From a virus (lineage: Duplodnaviria > Caudoviricetes): a stretch of DNA of 62,920 bases. The stretch lies in IMG/VR virus record IMGVR_UViG_3300031576_000042, positions 1 to 62,920 of that record; one strand, written 5' to 3'. A program made the translations under genes and the position numbers. Positions 1 through 9,369 of this stretch are shown here, in pieces. Each line of letters begins with the position of its first letter. Position 1 is the first letter of the stretch. A model generated the notes under the pieces. The model ran no database searches, had not been told where the DNA came from, and was given only the letters and a program-made list of their open reading frames with translations.

Positions 1-207
1 AGGTAACTCAGATTGATACTACGATGACGTGGGCTAATGCCACATTCACTTGGGGGTCTGCTGAGGCGCAAAATCGTACCTGGGGTGGCCCGGTCAACCA
101 GAACAACCTGACGCTACTAATTGAAGCCAAGTATGGTACGTCAACTCCGATTAGTGCCTCTTATGAGGAGTTTATTCCAACGGAGCGATCGATTAGATAC
201 GCCAGGT
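1..207. repeat. Terminal direct repeat / circular assembly overlap (copy 1)
   Basis: 1-207 matches 62714-62920 except position 128 C vs 62841 T (synonymous GCC/GCT); implies a 62,713-bp circle. Confidence 0.95.
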
Positions 208-530
208 TCAAAGTTACCCTTGGCACAACAGATAATAAATTTACGGGCAGGCTGTCTTCATTCAAAATGATGTTCGATGTGCCGGACATTCTTGATGGGG
301 ACGAAGGAGTGTCTGTGACTGGCTCGCTTGACGTGGTGTACAATAAACCATTCACTGTGGCCAGTAGTATCTCCCTTCAAGTGACTGCCAGAGATCTTGG
401 TAATGGAGAGAGAATTGAGATACCTGCTGCACAGCGTAGTGCCACAGGCTTTAGAGTGAGAATCTTGGACACGTTAGGTATGCCACTTGGATCGGCAAGA
501 ATAGTAGACTGGTTCGCTAGAGGATATTAA
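1..530 (+). CDS. C-terminal part of tail-tip/host-specificity protein (gpJ-like), continuing across the circular junction from 59401
   Basis: ORF 24..530 (MTWANAT...) is in frame with the open frame running from 59401 through the repeat (..TTLAQVTQIDTTMTWANAT..). Confidence 0.85.
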   Translation, partial: VTQIDTTMTWANATFTWGSAEAQNRTWGGPVNQNNLTLLIEAKYGTSTPISASYEEFIPTERSIRYARFKVTLGTTDNKFTGRLSSFKMMFDVPDILDGDEGVSVTGSLDVVYNKPFTVASSISLQVTARDLGNGERIEIPAAQRSATGFRVRILDTLGMPLGSARIVDWFARGY

Positions 531-559
531 CCGCTTATTAAACGGATTTTGTAAATTTT

Positions 560-1642
560 ATGCAAACATGGAATATCCCAATCGATTCAACGGATCTTCT
601 CTCTGATTCGAGAGTAGATATTAACGATGCTCTTGCCTCACTCCAGACCAACTATGCTGGCACAGCCGATCCTGCTGGAGCTGTCCTTGTTGATAATATC
701 ATTTGGATCAATACGACCAGCAACAAGCTGAAAGGTAGAAAGGCTGGCGCGACTTTTCAGCTTGGTGATTGGGATACTGAGATGGGGCATATTCGTAAAG
801 ACGGATCGATTGCCTTCACTTCTCACCAATCTATGGGCAACTTTCGTCTGGAGAATCTTGCTGCTCCTACTGCTGATAGTCACGCTGCGAGAAAGCAGGA
901 CGTTGACGCTAGGGTCGCCAAGACTGGCGATATCATGTCTGCCGCGCTGACATTTAGTGGTATGTATGATACGTACATTCCTGCTGCTGGTGCTGCTGCC
1001 GCCGCGTCCATGTCACAAGTTAACGCTAAAGTACCGTTAACTGGTGGTGATCTTACTGGTGCGCTTACGTATAACGTATCTGTTGGATCTCTTCTTGGTG
1101 CTAGTGTCAGGACTATTCTTCACCGCGATGATATTGAGGATTTAGTTACGTTTAACACTACCGCAGGGCATAGGCATACAGGGGTTCTTGGGGATGCTCG
1201 TGCAGTCAGAATTGTTGACCTCGCTGCGATCGAAGGTGTTGGGGATACCAATATTCTAGGGAATAAGATTCTCAAGACAATTGGTAATGGTACAGTATCT
1301 GTTCTTCTTCCTCAGCCTGTTTACAATCCAAAGACTACTTTTGTAACGCTATCTACAAACTCTCCTGTCGCGTTTACTCAGATCAATGTAGCCGCGTCTA
1401 CACGAGCTGATGCGTATGCTATTTTAGTTACTATGGCAAATTCTTCTGGCTCTCCTGGGCATGGTAATTTTAGGGTGAACATTAGTCATGAAGCTTTCAC
1501 TGTTAATGTCCCTACTGGTGAAACGGTACAGTTTATCATTCCTCTTGATACTTCAAACCAAACTTATGAGTGGAACGTGACTAGTGGTCTGCCTAATGTT
1601 ACGATAAAAATGATCGGCTTTTTTGGCCACCATGTCTTCTAA
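560..1642 (+). CDS. Tail fibre / receptor-binding protein
   Basis: Follows gpJ-like gene; Gly/Thr/Ala-rich, fibre-type motifs (LAAPTADSHAARKQDVD, KVPLTGGDLTGAL, GHRHTG). Confidence 0.7.
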   Translation: MQTWNIPIDSTDLLSDSRVDINDALASLQTNYAGTADPAGAVLVDNIIWINTTSNKLKGRKAGATFQLGDWDTEMGHIRKDGSIAFTSHQSMGNFRLENLAAPTADSHAARKQDVDARVAKTGDIMSAALTFSGMYDTYIPAAGAAAAASMSQVNAKVPLTGGDLTGALTYNVSVGSLLGASVRTILHRDDIEDLVTFNTTAGHRHTGVLGDARAVRIVDLAAIEGVGDTNILGNKILKTIGNGTVSVLLPQPVYNPKTTFVTLSTNSPVAFTQINVAASTRADAYAILVTMANSSGSPGHGNFRVNISHEAFTVNVPTGETVQFIIPLDTSNQTYEWNVTSGLPNVTIKMIGFFGHHVF

Positions 1643-1659
1643 GTTCCTTTTTCCCCGCT

Positions 1660-1694
1660 AGGCAGGCGCTAATCTTCTTTGGTGCCTGCCTTTT
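1660..1694 (+). terminator. Rho-independent terminator ending the structural operon
   Basis: AGGCAGGCGC...GTGCCTGCCT stem followed by TTT. Confidence 0.7.
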
Positions 1695-1733
1695 ATAATT
1701 TACCTTACCATAAAAGATATTACAATTTTTCTC

Positions 1734-1761
1734 TTGACAACAGATTTTCATTGAATAAGAT
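1734..1761 (+). promoter_or_regulatory. Putative sigma70-type promoter
   Basis: TTGACA-N16-TAAGAT in AT-rich intergenic DNA upstream of the replication module. Confidence 0.45.
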
Positions 1762-1925
1762 TGGCATTTTTATTCTGGGACTTCTTTTTTTGTTTGAGTA
1801 ATTCCCTACCTATTACTCTCTGTCTTACTCCGATAAGGTACCAAAAAAATTAAAGAATTGAATATAAGTAGATTATATTACTCTAGAGAAAAAATAATCG
1901 AACAGATGCTTTACAAGGTACGAAT

Positions 1926-1938
1926 ATAAGCAGCTTAT
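1926..1938. promoter_or_regulatory. Genome-wide palindrome ATAAGCNGCTTAT (representative perfect copy; ~32 copies, see findings)
   Basis: Perfect copies at 1926, 3699, 6897, 10392, 23785, 35679, 46224, 47628, 56171, 58991; ~22 near-matches. Confidence 0.85.
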
Positions 1939-2215
1939 AAAGAGCCTTGATTAACCTTGTAAAGAAAATTTCTAAAAAATACCTTGACGCCATTAAAAGC
2001 CGTGGTATTGTTGGCAGAGCAATGAAGGACACAGAATCAAAAATGTATGCTGAGGTGCTTGAAAGTGGAAATATTGAGATCGGTTTTAGGAGCTACAAGT
2101 CTGATGATTTGGATCGCGTCTCTCAGTTTGATCGAATTATAAAAAGTCAGTATATTCTTTGCCAGCTCTCACGAGAACAAGCAGCCAACCTTTTTACATA
2201 GCTTAATTATGTTCT

Positions 2216-2536
2216 ATGTATAGAAGAAAAGGAGATGCTGTGAATGATGAGCAAACAGAAGTACTTTTAAATGAGTCGTTCAATAATATTGTTGAGCTTG
2301 GCCAAGCTATAAGAAAAAAGAGAAAGGAGAAGGGCTATACAATTATGTATGTTGCTCAACAAATTGGAGTCAGTGTTACTACAATTAGCCATATGGAGTC
2401 GTCTCAGAATCTTCCTGGTGCAGAGCTTCTAGAGCGAATTTGTAATTTCTTTGGGCTTTCTTTTCATAAAGCAAGACAGATACTCCTTGAATTCAAAACT
2501 GAAAAAGCTAAAAGGCGTATCGAAACAAATCTATAG
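2216..2536 (+). CDS. XRE-family HTH transcriptional regulator
   Basis: LGQAIRKKRKEKGYTIMYVAQQIGVSVTTISHMES...P...LERICNFFG is a classic HTH_3 pattern. Confidence 0.85.
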   Translation: MYRRKGDAVNDEQTEVLLNESFNNIVELGQAIRKKRKEKGYTIMYVAQQIGVSVTTISHMESSQNLPGAELLERICNFFGLSFHKARQILLEFKTEKAKRRIETNL

Positions 2537-2548
2537 GAGGTTTTTATA

Positions 2549-3388
2549 ATGAGTGTTCCTGCAATTCAAGATTTGGATGTTAATAATTTGGTGTTCGATC
2601 TGAGCGATCGAACAACGACTGAGCTGACTGAGATTGATGCCTTGGCAGAGAATATCAAGGCTGTTGGTCTTGTCACTCCGATTGTTGTTAGTCCGATTGA
2701 AGGTACAAATACTTTCAAGGTAGTTGCCGGTAAGCGTCGATTGGCAGCGGTGAAAAAGCTTGGTTTGCCTACGATCCAGGCGACTATTTTCCAGCCAAAG
2801 AATGGTAGTCATCAGACTCTGGCTATTGTGGCTGATAACTTCATGCGAAAGGACGTGTCTCCTGTCCTTCGTGCCAGAGCAATCAAGACACTACTGGACA
2901 ACAAGATTTACAAAACCCATGCTGAAGTCGCCACAGCTCTTGGTGTGAGCCAGCCAACTGTCTCCAACTGGATGGCTATCTTGAATGAAACTCCTGACGT
3001 TCAGGACGCTATCAATGTGGGAGAGCTGGCACAAAAGACTGCTAAGGGCAAGGGGAAGCGTGGACGTAAGAAGAAGGGGTCTGCCAAGGGCAGTGGTAAG
3101 TCTGCTGATGAGCTTCGTAAGGAGAAGGAAGCTTCTAGGCTTCAGCCACTTCCTGATGAGTTCCTTTTTGGGAAGTCTGGTCCTGTCGATCGTAACAAGA
3201 TCAATGTGGCTACTTCGAGCCATACTGCTGATGATTGCGAGATTGTCTTCAAGATTGCTTGCAAGCTTGCTGATTTCCAGAACGGTCCTATTGCGCTTAT
3301 CACGTCAATCCTCAATGAGATTGGTGAGACGGAGCTTCTTGAGGCAGTTAAGCGCTACCGAATAGCAAAGGGGTATGTGCAGGCATGA
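2549..3388 (+). CDS. parB: ParB/Spo0J-like protein (ParB N-domain + HTH)
   Basis: LAENIKAVGLVTPIVV...VVAGKRRLAA (GxRR motif), DNFMRKD, HTH HAEVATALGVSQPTVSNW; SD AGGAGG; Lys-rich linker. Confidence 0.85.
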   Translation: MSVPAIQDLDVNNLVFDLSDRTTTELTEIDALAENIKAVGLVTPIVVSPIEGTNTFKVVAGKRRLAAVKKLGLPTIQATIFQPKNGSHQTLAIVADNFMRKDVSPVLRARAIKTLLDNKIYKTHAEVATALGVSQPTVSNWMAILNETPDVQDAINVGELAQKTAKGKGKRGRKKKGSAKGSGKSADELRKEKEASRLQPLPDEFLFGKSGPVDRNKINVATSSHTADDCEIVFKIACKLADFQNGPIALITSILNEIGETELLEAVKRYRIAKGYVQA

Positions 3389-3660
3389 GCAAGATCATTC
3401 GGCTGAACAGTAGAGATAGGGACTACACTACGACTCTCAACAAGATTGTGGATCAGATATACAACATGGCTGGAGAGCGTAGCTGGAGTTGGTTGGTGCT
3501 GGCTGACAAAGCCAGTCTTGCTATCTCGACTGTCTATCGGCTTGGAGAGAAGATAACCAAGCTTCCAAGGTTCAAGACGGTCTTCCTTCTGTCTCGTGCG
3601 GTCGGTGCTCATTTGGAGCTTGTGTCCTCTACAGCTTCTGCCAAGTATGCAAGATCCTAA
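3385..3660 (+). CDS. Small HTH-like DNA-binding protein
   Basis: WSWLVLADKASLAISTVYRL...PRFKTVFLL resembles a Cro/XRE helix-turn-helix. Confidence 0.55.
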   Translation: MSKIIRLNSRDRDYTTTLNKIVDQIYNMAGERSWSWLVLADKASLAISTVYRLGEKITKLPRFKTVFLLSRAVGAHLELVSSTASAKYARS

Positions 3661-4108
3661 TATATGGGATAAGCGTTATGATGCTCTCGAACAGCTTAAT
3701 AAGCAGCTTATATGTCCAGACGACTTTAGCCAAATTGACAAGGCCATAAAAGTAGCTCGTCATGTTGAATCAACAGCTACTTACTATCACACTAAATTCT
3801 CACGTCTTCTCGCTGAAGCAAAGTCCAAGCTAAGCACAGTCAAGCTTATTTTCACAACTAAACTTTCTCAGCTTATATCTAACACTGAGTTTTATCCTGA
3901 AGAGTCAGAGCGCTTACGAAAAACCTATGCTGAGACAAAGCTGATCGAAGAGTTTTCTGCGGTAGAAAGAGCTAAGGATGAAGTGAGTAGCTGCCAGTTG
4001 TTTATCAAAGCCTTAGAGAGAGTTCTTGGGAATGCCAAGCATACCCGTGAAGATATTGGAAGAAAGATCAAATTAACCGAAGTTCAGAACGACATAAAGG
4101 AGCTTTAA
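3647..4108 (+). CDS. Coiled-coil protein, possibly UvsY-like recombination mediator
   Basis: All-helical, adjacent to SSB-like gene and near recA; function inferred from context. Confidence 0.35.
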   Translation: MQDPNIWDKRYDALEQLNKQLICPDDFSQIDKAIKVARHVESTATYYHTKFSRLLAEAKSKLSTVKLIFTTKLSQLISNTEFYPEESERLRKTYAETKLIEEFSAVERAKDEVSSCQLFIKALERVLGNAKHTREDIGRKIKLTEVQNDIKEL

Positions 4109-4836
4109 TGGCCGAAACTTTTGAATGGGATGATCCAAAGCTTGCTACACACAGCTCAAAAATGCTGCTTTGGTATCGCTGTGTAATCGGTAGTGTCGAT
4201 ATCCTTAGAGTAATTTCTAAATGCTATTCTGTCTTTAAGCACACTTATAAAGATAATGGTAGGTTCATGACCTCAATGTGCAGCATGGAGCAGTCAAAGT
4301 CCTGCCCATTCTGCGATCGTGCCAATAGTCTTCGAGATCATCAGCGTACCACGACCTACGCTGTATCTGTTCTGCATTTGACACGAAAGCCTGGCTCGGA
4401 GCAGCAACGGTTTGTAGGTAAGCTTCTTGGTTGGCGTTTCGGTGATGAGAAGAAGCGCGAGCTGATTGAGATTCATGAGATTACCAAAGGTCGTGGTGGT
4501 CTCACAAAGGTTGATCTTCGTATTGCTCTCAAGGGTGCCGACGCCGAGAGTGAGAAGTTCCAGAAGACTTCTATCAAGACGCTTGACTCGAATGTTGTTG
4601 CTGCTCTTTCTCCAGAGCTTCAAAAACAACTTGCTGTTATTGTACAGAACAAGGAAGAGATTGAAAAGATCAAGCGCTTGTACTGCCCACTTTTTGAGGA
4701 TTTGATGAAGTTCGTCAAGGAAGACGAAGCAACTACTTCATTCAACCCTGACGAATTTAACAATATGGGTGCTCCTGCTGTTGAGGCTGGCAACCCGTTC
4801 GTTGGAGGTGAAGATCCGCTCGCTTCCTTAGTATAG
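4108..4836 (+). CDS. Putative single-stranded DNA-binding protein (T4 gp32-like)
   Basis: H..C..CPFC Zn motif, acidic C-terminal tail (EDEATTSFNPDEF...EDPL), replication-module context. Confidence 0.55.
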   Translation: MAETFEWDDPKLATHSSKMLLWYRCVIGSVDILRVISKCYSVFKHTYKDNGRFMTSMCSMEQSKSCPFCDRANSLRDHQRTTTYAVSVLHLTRKPGSEQQRFVGKLLGWRFGDEKKRELIEIHEITKGRGGLTKVDLRIALKGADAESEKFQKTSIKTLDSNVVAALSPELQKQLAVIVQNKEEIEKIKRLYCPLFEDLMKFVKEDEATTSFNPDEFNNMGAPAVEAGNPFVGGEDPLASLV

Positions 4837-4852
4837 ACTCTACTTCACTGAG

Positions 4853-4896
4853 GCGGAAGAGCGTTCCTCGCAACCTGACGCTCTTCCGTTTTTTTT
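4853..4896 (+). terminator. Rho-independent terminator
   Basis: GCGGAAGAGCGT...ACGCTCTTCCGT stem followed by T-run. Confidence 0.8.
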
Positions 4897-4899
4897 GAT

Positions 4900-5160
4900 A
4901 TGCGCTGCTCATTATGCTTAGGGGCTGGTACGATCTTTATCGCGTCAGGTGAGATGCTTGATAGTATTACTTGCCCATGGTGTGAGTGGGAGCGCTATTG
5001 TACTGGTAATCAGCCTGCACCACTTATGGCAATCCTTCAAATGGAAGCAGAGCGAAAAGCTCGAGAGCTTGGTGTTGAGGCAGACCAAAACAGTTTTAGC
5101 TTCGTCTTATGGCGGCGCTACCTTGAGGAAGAGGCAGATATAGGTACAAAGAAGAAGTGA
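4900..5160 (+). CDS. Small Zn-finger hypothetical protein
   Basis: CxxCxGxG...CPWC. Confidence 0.5.
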   Translation: MRCSLCLGAGTIFIASGEMLDSITCPWCEWERYCTGNQPAPLMAILQMEAERKARELGVEADQNSFSFVLWRRYLEEEADIGTKKK

Positions 5161-5161
5161 T

Positions 5162-5962
5162 ATGGCAAATCAAACGTGGAAACAATTCGAGCGTGACCTT
5201 GCAAAGCTTTTTGGTGGTAGACGAGTCCCTCTTTCTGGGAGCAACTCTGGCCACGATACTCGAGCCGACCTTATGTTTCGTCTTGACGGTCCTTCTTGGA
5301 TGTATATTGAAGCCAAGAGGAGTAAGGCGTACAACAAGTTCGGTATAGACAACTACGACGAGTTCACTGATGATAAGTTTTGGGTATGGAAATTCAGTGG
5401 TCGTGTACTGTGTTTCTTCTCCCTTCAGTTTCTTGTAAAGCAATGTAAAGAGCCGACTTTGTATCTGGTTGAGCGAATGGGTGTTGTACCCGAGCTAAAA
5501 AATCTTCGTAGGGTTGCTATCCTGTACCTGAAAACTGCTGAGCTTGCTTCAGCAGAAGCAAAGTCATGTACGTTGGTCTGTCTTCGTCTCCATGGTTTGT
5601 CAAAGATAGTTTGCGTTGCTGACGTGCCGTCTTTTCAAAAGCTTAAAGAATGGGTAGCTTGCAATTATGCTTTTCAGAATCGTGTTTTGGCTGGTGGAAG
5701 GAAATCTTTGTTTATAGACAAGCGTGACCCTGTAAGAATACCAGCTCCGATCTGGGATCAGATGCCACAGCATGTGTATTGGAATGCTAAAGATCATTGT
5801 TATATGTATCGAGTAAAGTGGTACGACAATAAAAATAAGGCGTGTGGATATTACAGAACAAAAACAATAGCAAAATCATACTATCTTGATAATTTAATTG
5901 CTTGGATGAAAAAGAATGGCTATGAAGTCAAACAAAAGGAGTACATGAAAGCTCGTGTCTGA
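5162..5962 (+). CDS. PD-(D/E)XK nuclease, Holliday-junction-resolvase-like N-terminus
   Basis: KQFERDLAKLFGGRRVPLSGS...ADL...YIEAKR. Confidence 0.6.
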   Translation: MANQTWKQFERDLAKLFGGRRVPLSGSNSGHDTRADLMFRLDGPSWMYIEAKRSKAYNKFGIDNYDEFTDDKFWVWKFSGRVLCFFSLQFLVKQCKEPTLYLVERMGVVPELKNLRRVAILYLKTAELASAEAKSCTLVCLRLHGLSKIVCVADVPSFQKLKEWVACNYAFQNRVLAGGRKSLFIDKRDPVRIPAPIWDQMPQHVYWNAKDHCYMYRVKWYDNKNKACGYYRTKTIAKSYYLDNLIAWMKKNGYEVKQKEYMKARV

Positions 5963-6953
5963 CGCACCGTTTCAAAAGCTGTTGGCCTCCTTAAAAAAGG
6001 ACAGGGGTATGTTCTCTGGCAAGCCGGAGAATGTTCCCAGGTTGAAGGTTGGTATTGCTGGTGTTGACTATCTATTTGGTGGTGGTGTACCACTTGGCAG
6101 AGCTATTGAGTTGTATGGCTTTGAAGGCTCAGGGAAGACAACGCTTACTGCTGAGATAGCAAGAGCGTTTCAGCTTGCAGGTAAACGAGTGCTGTATCTT
6201 GATTATGAGCATTCTGTTGACTTGTCGTACTTCAGGCGTATTGGCTTGGCATTTGAAGAAGAGCTGTGGCTATATGACACTCCAAAGTACATGGAGCAGG
6301 GCCTTGACGCAGCCAATGAGCTTGTCAAGACTGGTGGGATCGGTCTCGTTGTGATTGATTCGGTTGCCTCTATGGTGCCAAAGGACGAGCTTGAAGGTCC
6401 CATAGAGGATTACTCTGTAGGGTTGCAGGCAAGGAAGCTCGGGCAGGCTCTTCGTGTTATTACGGGTACGCTGGATATACACAAGACCTCTATAATCTTC
6501 ATCAATCAGCTTCGGCAGAAGATTGGTGGTAATCCCTATGAGCTGAGGATTGATCCAACGACTACACCTGGCGGCGTAGCTCTGAAGTTCTATGCTTCAA
6601 TTCGTTGTGAGATGCGAAAGGTCGGCAAGGATGGAGAACGATTTGTACATCGTCTCCGGTTGACCAAGCAGAAGACAGCAGCGATTAAAACTCTTGTCAC
6701 TGAATTCTTGATTGGAGATGGTGGGATTGATCGTCTTGATCATCTCAGGCGTTGCTTGGTCAATGCTGGTGTGATATATGCTAACGGATCGCACTACTTC
6801 TTTAAACCAACAGGTAAGGAGGAAGAGCGTCTTGCCCACGGGGAGGAGAAGCTCAAGGAGTATTTCTCTGCGAATACGAACAGACTATCTGAGTTTATAA
6901 GCCGCTTATATTCTGTGTACGAGAATAACAATGCAAGCAGCGCTGGTCCTTGA
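5955..6953 (+). CDS. recA: RecA recombinase
   Basis: GGGVPLGRAIELYGFEGSGKTT, VVIDSVASMVPKDELEG, IFINQLRQKIG, PGGVALKFYASIR. Confidence 0.95.
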   Translation: MSDAPFQKLLASLKKDRGMFSGKPENVPRLKVGIAGVDYLFGGGVPLGRAIELYGFEGSGKTTLTAEIARAFQLAGKRVLYLDYEHSVDLSYFRRIGLAFEEELWLYDTPKYMEQGLDAANELVKTGGIGLVVIDSVASMVPKDELEGPIEDYSVGLQARKLGQALRVITGTLDIHKTSIIFINQLRQKIGGNPYELRIDPTTTPGGVALKFYASIRCEMRKVGKDGERFVHRLRLTKQKTAAIKTLVTEFLIGDGGIDRLDHLRRCLVNAGVIYANGSHYFFKPTGKEEERLAHGEEKLKEYFSANTNRLSEFISRLYSVYENNNASSAGP

Positions 6954-8592
6954 CGGGACTTTGTTTGTCAGAGACCTTCCAAAAGATAAGCCGACTCCAT
7001 CTTTCTTGCGAAAGGCAAAGCAGGGCGATTGGTATTGGTCTAGCTGGTGGTGGTTGCCACAGATTAGAGTAGAGTGTAAAGAGTGGTGGAAAGAGCTTGA
7101 TCTTCGCAACAGGGAGATCGAGTCTTCGAATCGTTCCTTTGCTGAAGTAATAGCCAGGTCCATTGAGTTTGCAGGTGAGTTCAAGTACCACGAGTCACTT
7201 GATACTCATTTCCGAATTCCGCTGTGGAAGGGGCAGAAACGAGCAGCGATGCTCATGTCCGTTGCCAAGCGCTTCTATCTGGCTGATGACGTTGGGCTCG
7301 GCAAAACCCTGTCGGCTATAGGTGCCTTTGTCGTTTTAAAGGCCACAGGAAGGGCTCAGACTGCCCTTGTGGTGACAACCAGCTCAGTAAAGTACCAATG
7401 GCGGCTGGAGATCCTCAATGCGCTTCAGAAGGATTTCTGGCCCTCCTATGCCCCTTCTGTGATAGATGGCGCTGCTAGTAAGAGAGATGGCGGGTATAAT
7501 GGTCCAGAACCGATCAAGATTGTCAGCTATGAATCTTTTCGTAACGATCAGGAATCAGGTCTTGCTGCTGCATTCAAGCCTGACGTAGTGATTCTTGACG
7601 AAGCCTGGAAGATCAAGAGCCGCGCTACCAAAGCTCGACATGCTCTAAAGGCTGCTTTCAAGGATACCAAGTATAAATTTGCTCTCAATGCCTCTCCTGT
7701 TGGGAATGGGTATGAAGAGGTCTATGGTATATTTGACTTTCTTGATCCGTCTGTGTTCATTAACTGGAGCAACTTTAAGGATCGTTATTGTAGGTGGGTC
7801 GAGATCAGACCAAGGAACAAGCCATTTGCACGACCATTCTCTAAGCTTATAGGGTACAAGCGTGTTCCTGAGCTTAAAGAGAAGATCAAGCCGATGCTCA
7901 TGCGACGTACTGTAGCTGATATGGGCTGGGAGTCTCCAAAGACTACCGTTACTCCTTATTGGGTTGAGTTGAGTAAGGAGCAGCGTACAAAGTATAGCTT
8001 GATCCAAGCGTCAAATGACGACCCACTTGTCAAGACAACTGCTGCAAGGATTGCTTGCCTTAAGGATAATCCAACTGAGAAGTCTTGCAAGTATCTTCAG
8101 CTTCTTGAGCTTCTCACAGAGGGGCTGGCACATGAGAAGGTGATAGTGTTCTGTGAGTCAAAGCAGTATCTTGTAGAGGTGCTTAGCTGTCTGAAGCGTG
8201 ATGGCATTCACACCTCGCTTATCTCAGGTGAAGACTCGTCTGAAGACAGAACTATGAAACAAGCTAATTTTACAACTGGTAAGATTAGGGTGCTGCTTAT
8301 GACTGCTGCTGGTGAGGCAGGGCTTAATCTTCAGGCTGCTGACGTTGTTGTTAATCTTGATCTTGCATGGAATCCAGAACGTCTTCGGCAGCGAGTTGGA
8401 AGGCTTCGTCCTCATCTTGGTGGATCAGCTCGTCATATTCGAGTTATCAATATCTTGGCTAAGAATACAATTGAGCAAAGGGTAGTGGATGTTATACAGA
8501 AAAAAATTGGAAATTTTGCTCGACTTTTCGAGGGAGAGACGGTAGACTTTATGGGTGTGTTCGAGAAGAGCTTTCTGGCAACACTACTTTAA
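6931..8592 (+). CDS. SNF2-family (SF2) helicase/ATPase
   Basis: LADDVGLGKT, ILDEAW, ASPVGN, AGLNLQAA, WNP..LRQRVGRL. Confidence 0.9.
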   Translation: MQAALVLDGTLFVRDLPKDKPTPSFLRKAKQGDWYWSSWWWLPQIRVECKEWWKELDLRNREIESSNRSFAEVIARSIEFAGEFKYHESLDTHFRIPLWKGQKRAAMLMSVAKRFYLADDVGLGKTLSAIGAFVVLKATGRAQTALVVTTSSVKYQWRLEILNALQKDFWPSYAPSVIDGAASKRDGGYNGPEPIKIVSYESFRNDQESGLAAAFKPDVVILDEAWKIKSRATKARHALKAAFKDTKYKFALNASPVGNGYEEVYGIFDFLDPSVFINWSNFKDRYCRWVEIRPRNKPFARPFSKLIGYKRVPELKEKIKPMLMRRTVADMGWESPKTTVTPYWVELSKEQRTKYSLIQASNDDPLVKTTAARIACLKDNPTEKSCKYLQLLELLTEGLAHEKVIVFCESKQYLVEVLSCLKRDGIHTSLISGEDSSEDRTMKQANFTTGKIRVLLMTAAGEAGLNLQAADVVVNLDLAWNPERLRQRVGRLRPHLGGSARHIRVINILAKNTIEQRVVDVIQKKIGNFARLFEGETVDFMGVFEKSFLATLL

Positions 8593-8606
8593 TAAGCAGA
8601 TTATAT

Positions 8607-8915
8607 ATGATCTCAGAAAAATTATTACTAGCAATCGAGTTGTATGAGCGAAAACTAGAAGATTTTGATAAAGCAGGTAAAGCACTGTGTGAGTTACAAG
8701 AAAAATTTTTTGATTCACTTTTAATCGGAAAGCAGGAACGAAATGCGATCAATCAGTTGATTCAAGCTACGGCTGAAAAACTTGTTGGGTTTACTCTTTG
8801 TAGGATGTTTGCTACCATGCTCAAGTCAGTTAAAAGCGAAGACAGCTTAGAGACTATAAATATGATCTTAAGCACAACGAAAGAAGTGTTGGATACTTTA
8901 TACAAGGAGGATTGA
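8607..8915 (+). CDS. Hypothetical protein
   Basis: 102-aa ORF starting 3 nt after a palindrome copy (8592-8604). Confidence 0.6.
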   Translation: MISEKLLLAIELYERKLEDFDKAGKALCELQEKFFDSLLIGKQERNAINQLIQATAEKLVGFTLCRMFATMLKSVKSEDSLETINMILSTTKEVLDTLYKED

Positions 8916-9068
8916 ATGGACCCTATATCACCTATACTTCTTGCTTTGGCGGTATTCTTTATGTTGTTCACCTGCCTGTTCATGCCGGTGTTCGTGTTCT
9001 TCAGCTATCTTCACATAAGGAGGATCAGGAAGAATTTTGATTGGTTACGTAGCCTAAATCAGAAGTAG
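8916..9068 (+). CDS. Small membrane protein (50 aa, not in ORF track)
   Basis: SD AAGGAGG; MDPISPILLALAVFFMLFTCLFMPVFVFFSYLHIRRIRK..., one hydrophobic helix. Confidence 0.55.
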   Translation: MDPISPILLALAVFFMLFTCLFMPVFVFFSYLHIRRIRKNFDWLRSLNQK

Positions 9069-9087
9069 TGCTCTGTGGTCTTGGAGG

Positions 9088-9369
9088 TTGGTGATGAAAA
9101 GGGAAGGCCGTACTGTAGGCAAGTGTGCCATGTGTCACTTGCCTTATGTCGGTGAGTTCATTGCTTGCGATAGCTGTCGTAAAAAAATAAGTGATAGAAC
9201 GGCAAAATGTAGAGCCAAGAAAAAGATAAAAGGTTTGTGCTATTCATGCTCAAGCCCAGCTAGATCTGGTAAGCTGACTTGCGCGAAATGCGCTCACCAA
9301 GAGAATATTAGGAAAAATGAGCAGAGAAAACGACTGAAGAAACAGGTAGAGGAGCTTCGTCGTGGCTGA
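9088..9369 (+). CDS. Cys-rich basic Zn-binding protein
   Basis: Four CxxC pairs. Confidence 0.55.
   Translation: MVMKREGRTVGKCAMCHLPYVGEFIACDSCRKKISDRTAKCRAKKKIKGLCYSCSSPARSGKLTCAKCAHQENIRKNEQRKRLKKQVEELRRG

Noticed and set aside
560-1642. Diversity-generating retroelement target in tail fibre
   Set aside because: No reverse transcriptase and no template/variable repeat pair seen
1947-2021. TTG start of the 84-aa ORF
   Set aside because: This stretch contains a promoter-like TTGACG-N16-TATTGT (1984-2011); ATG 2022 is the more plausible start
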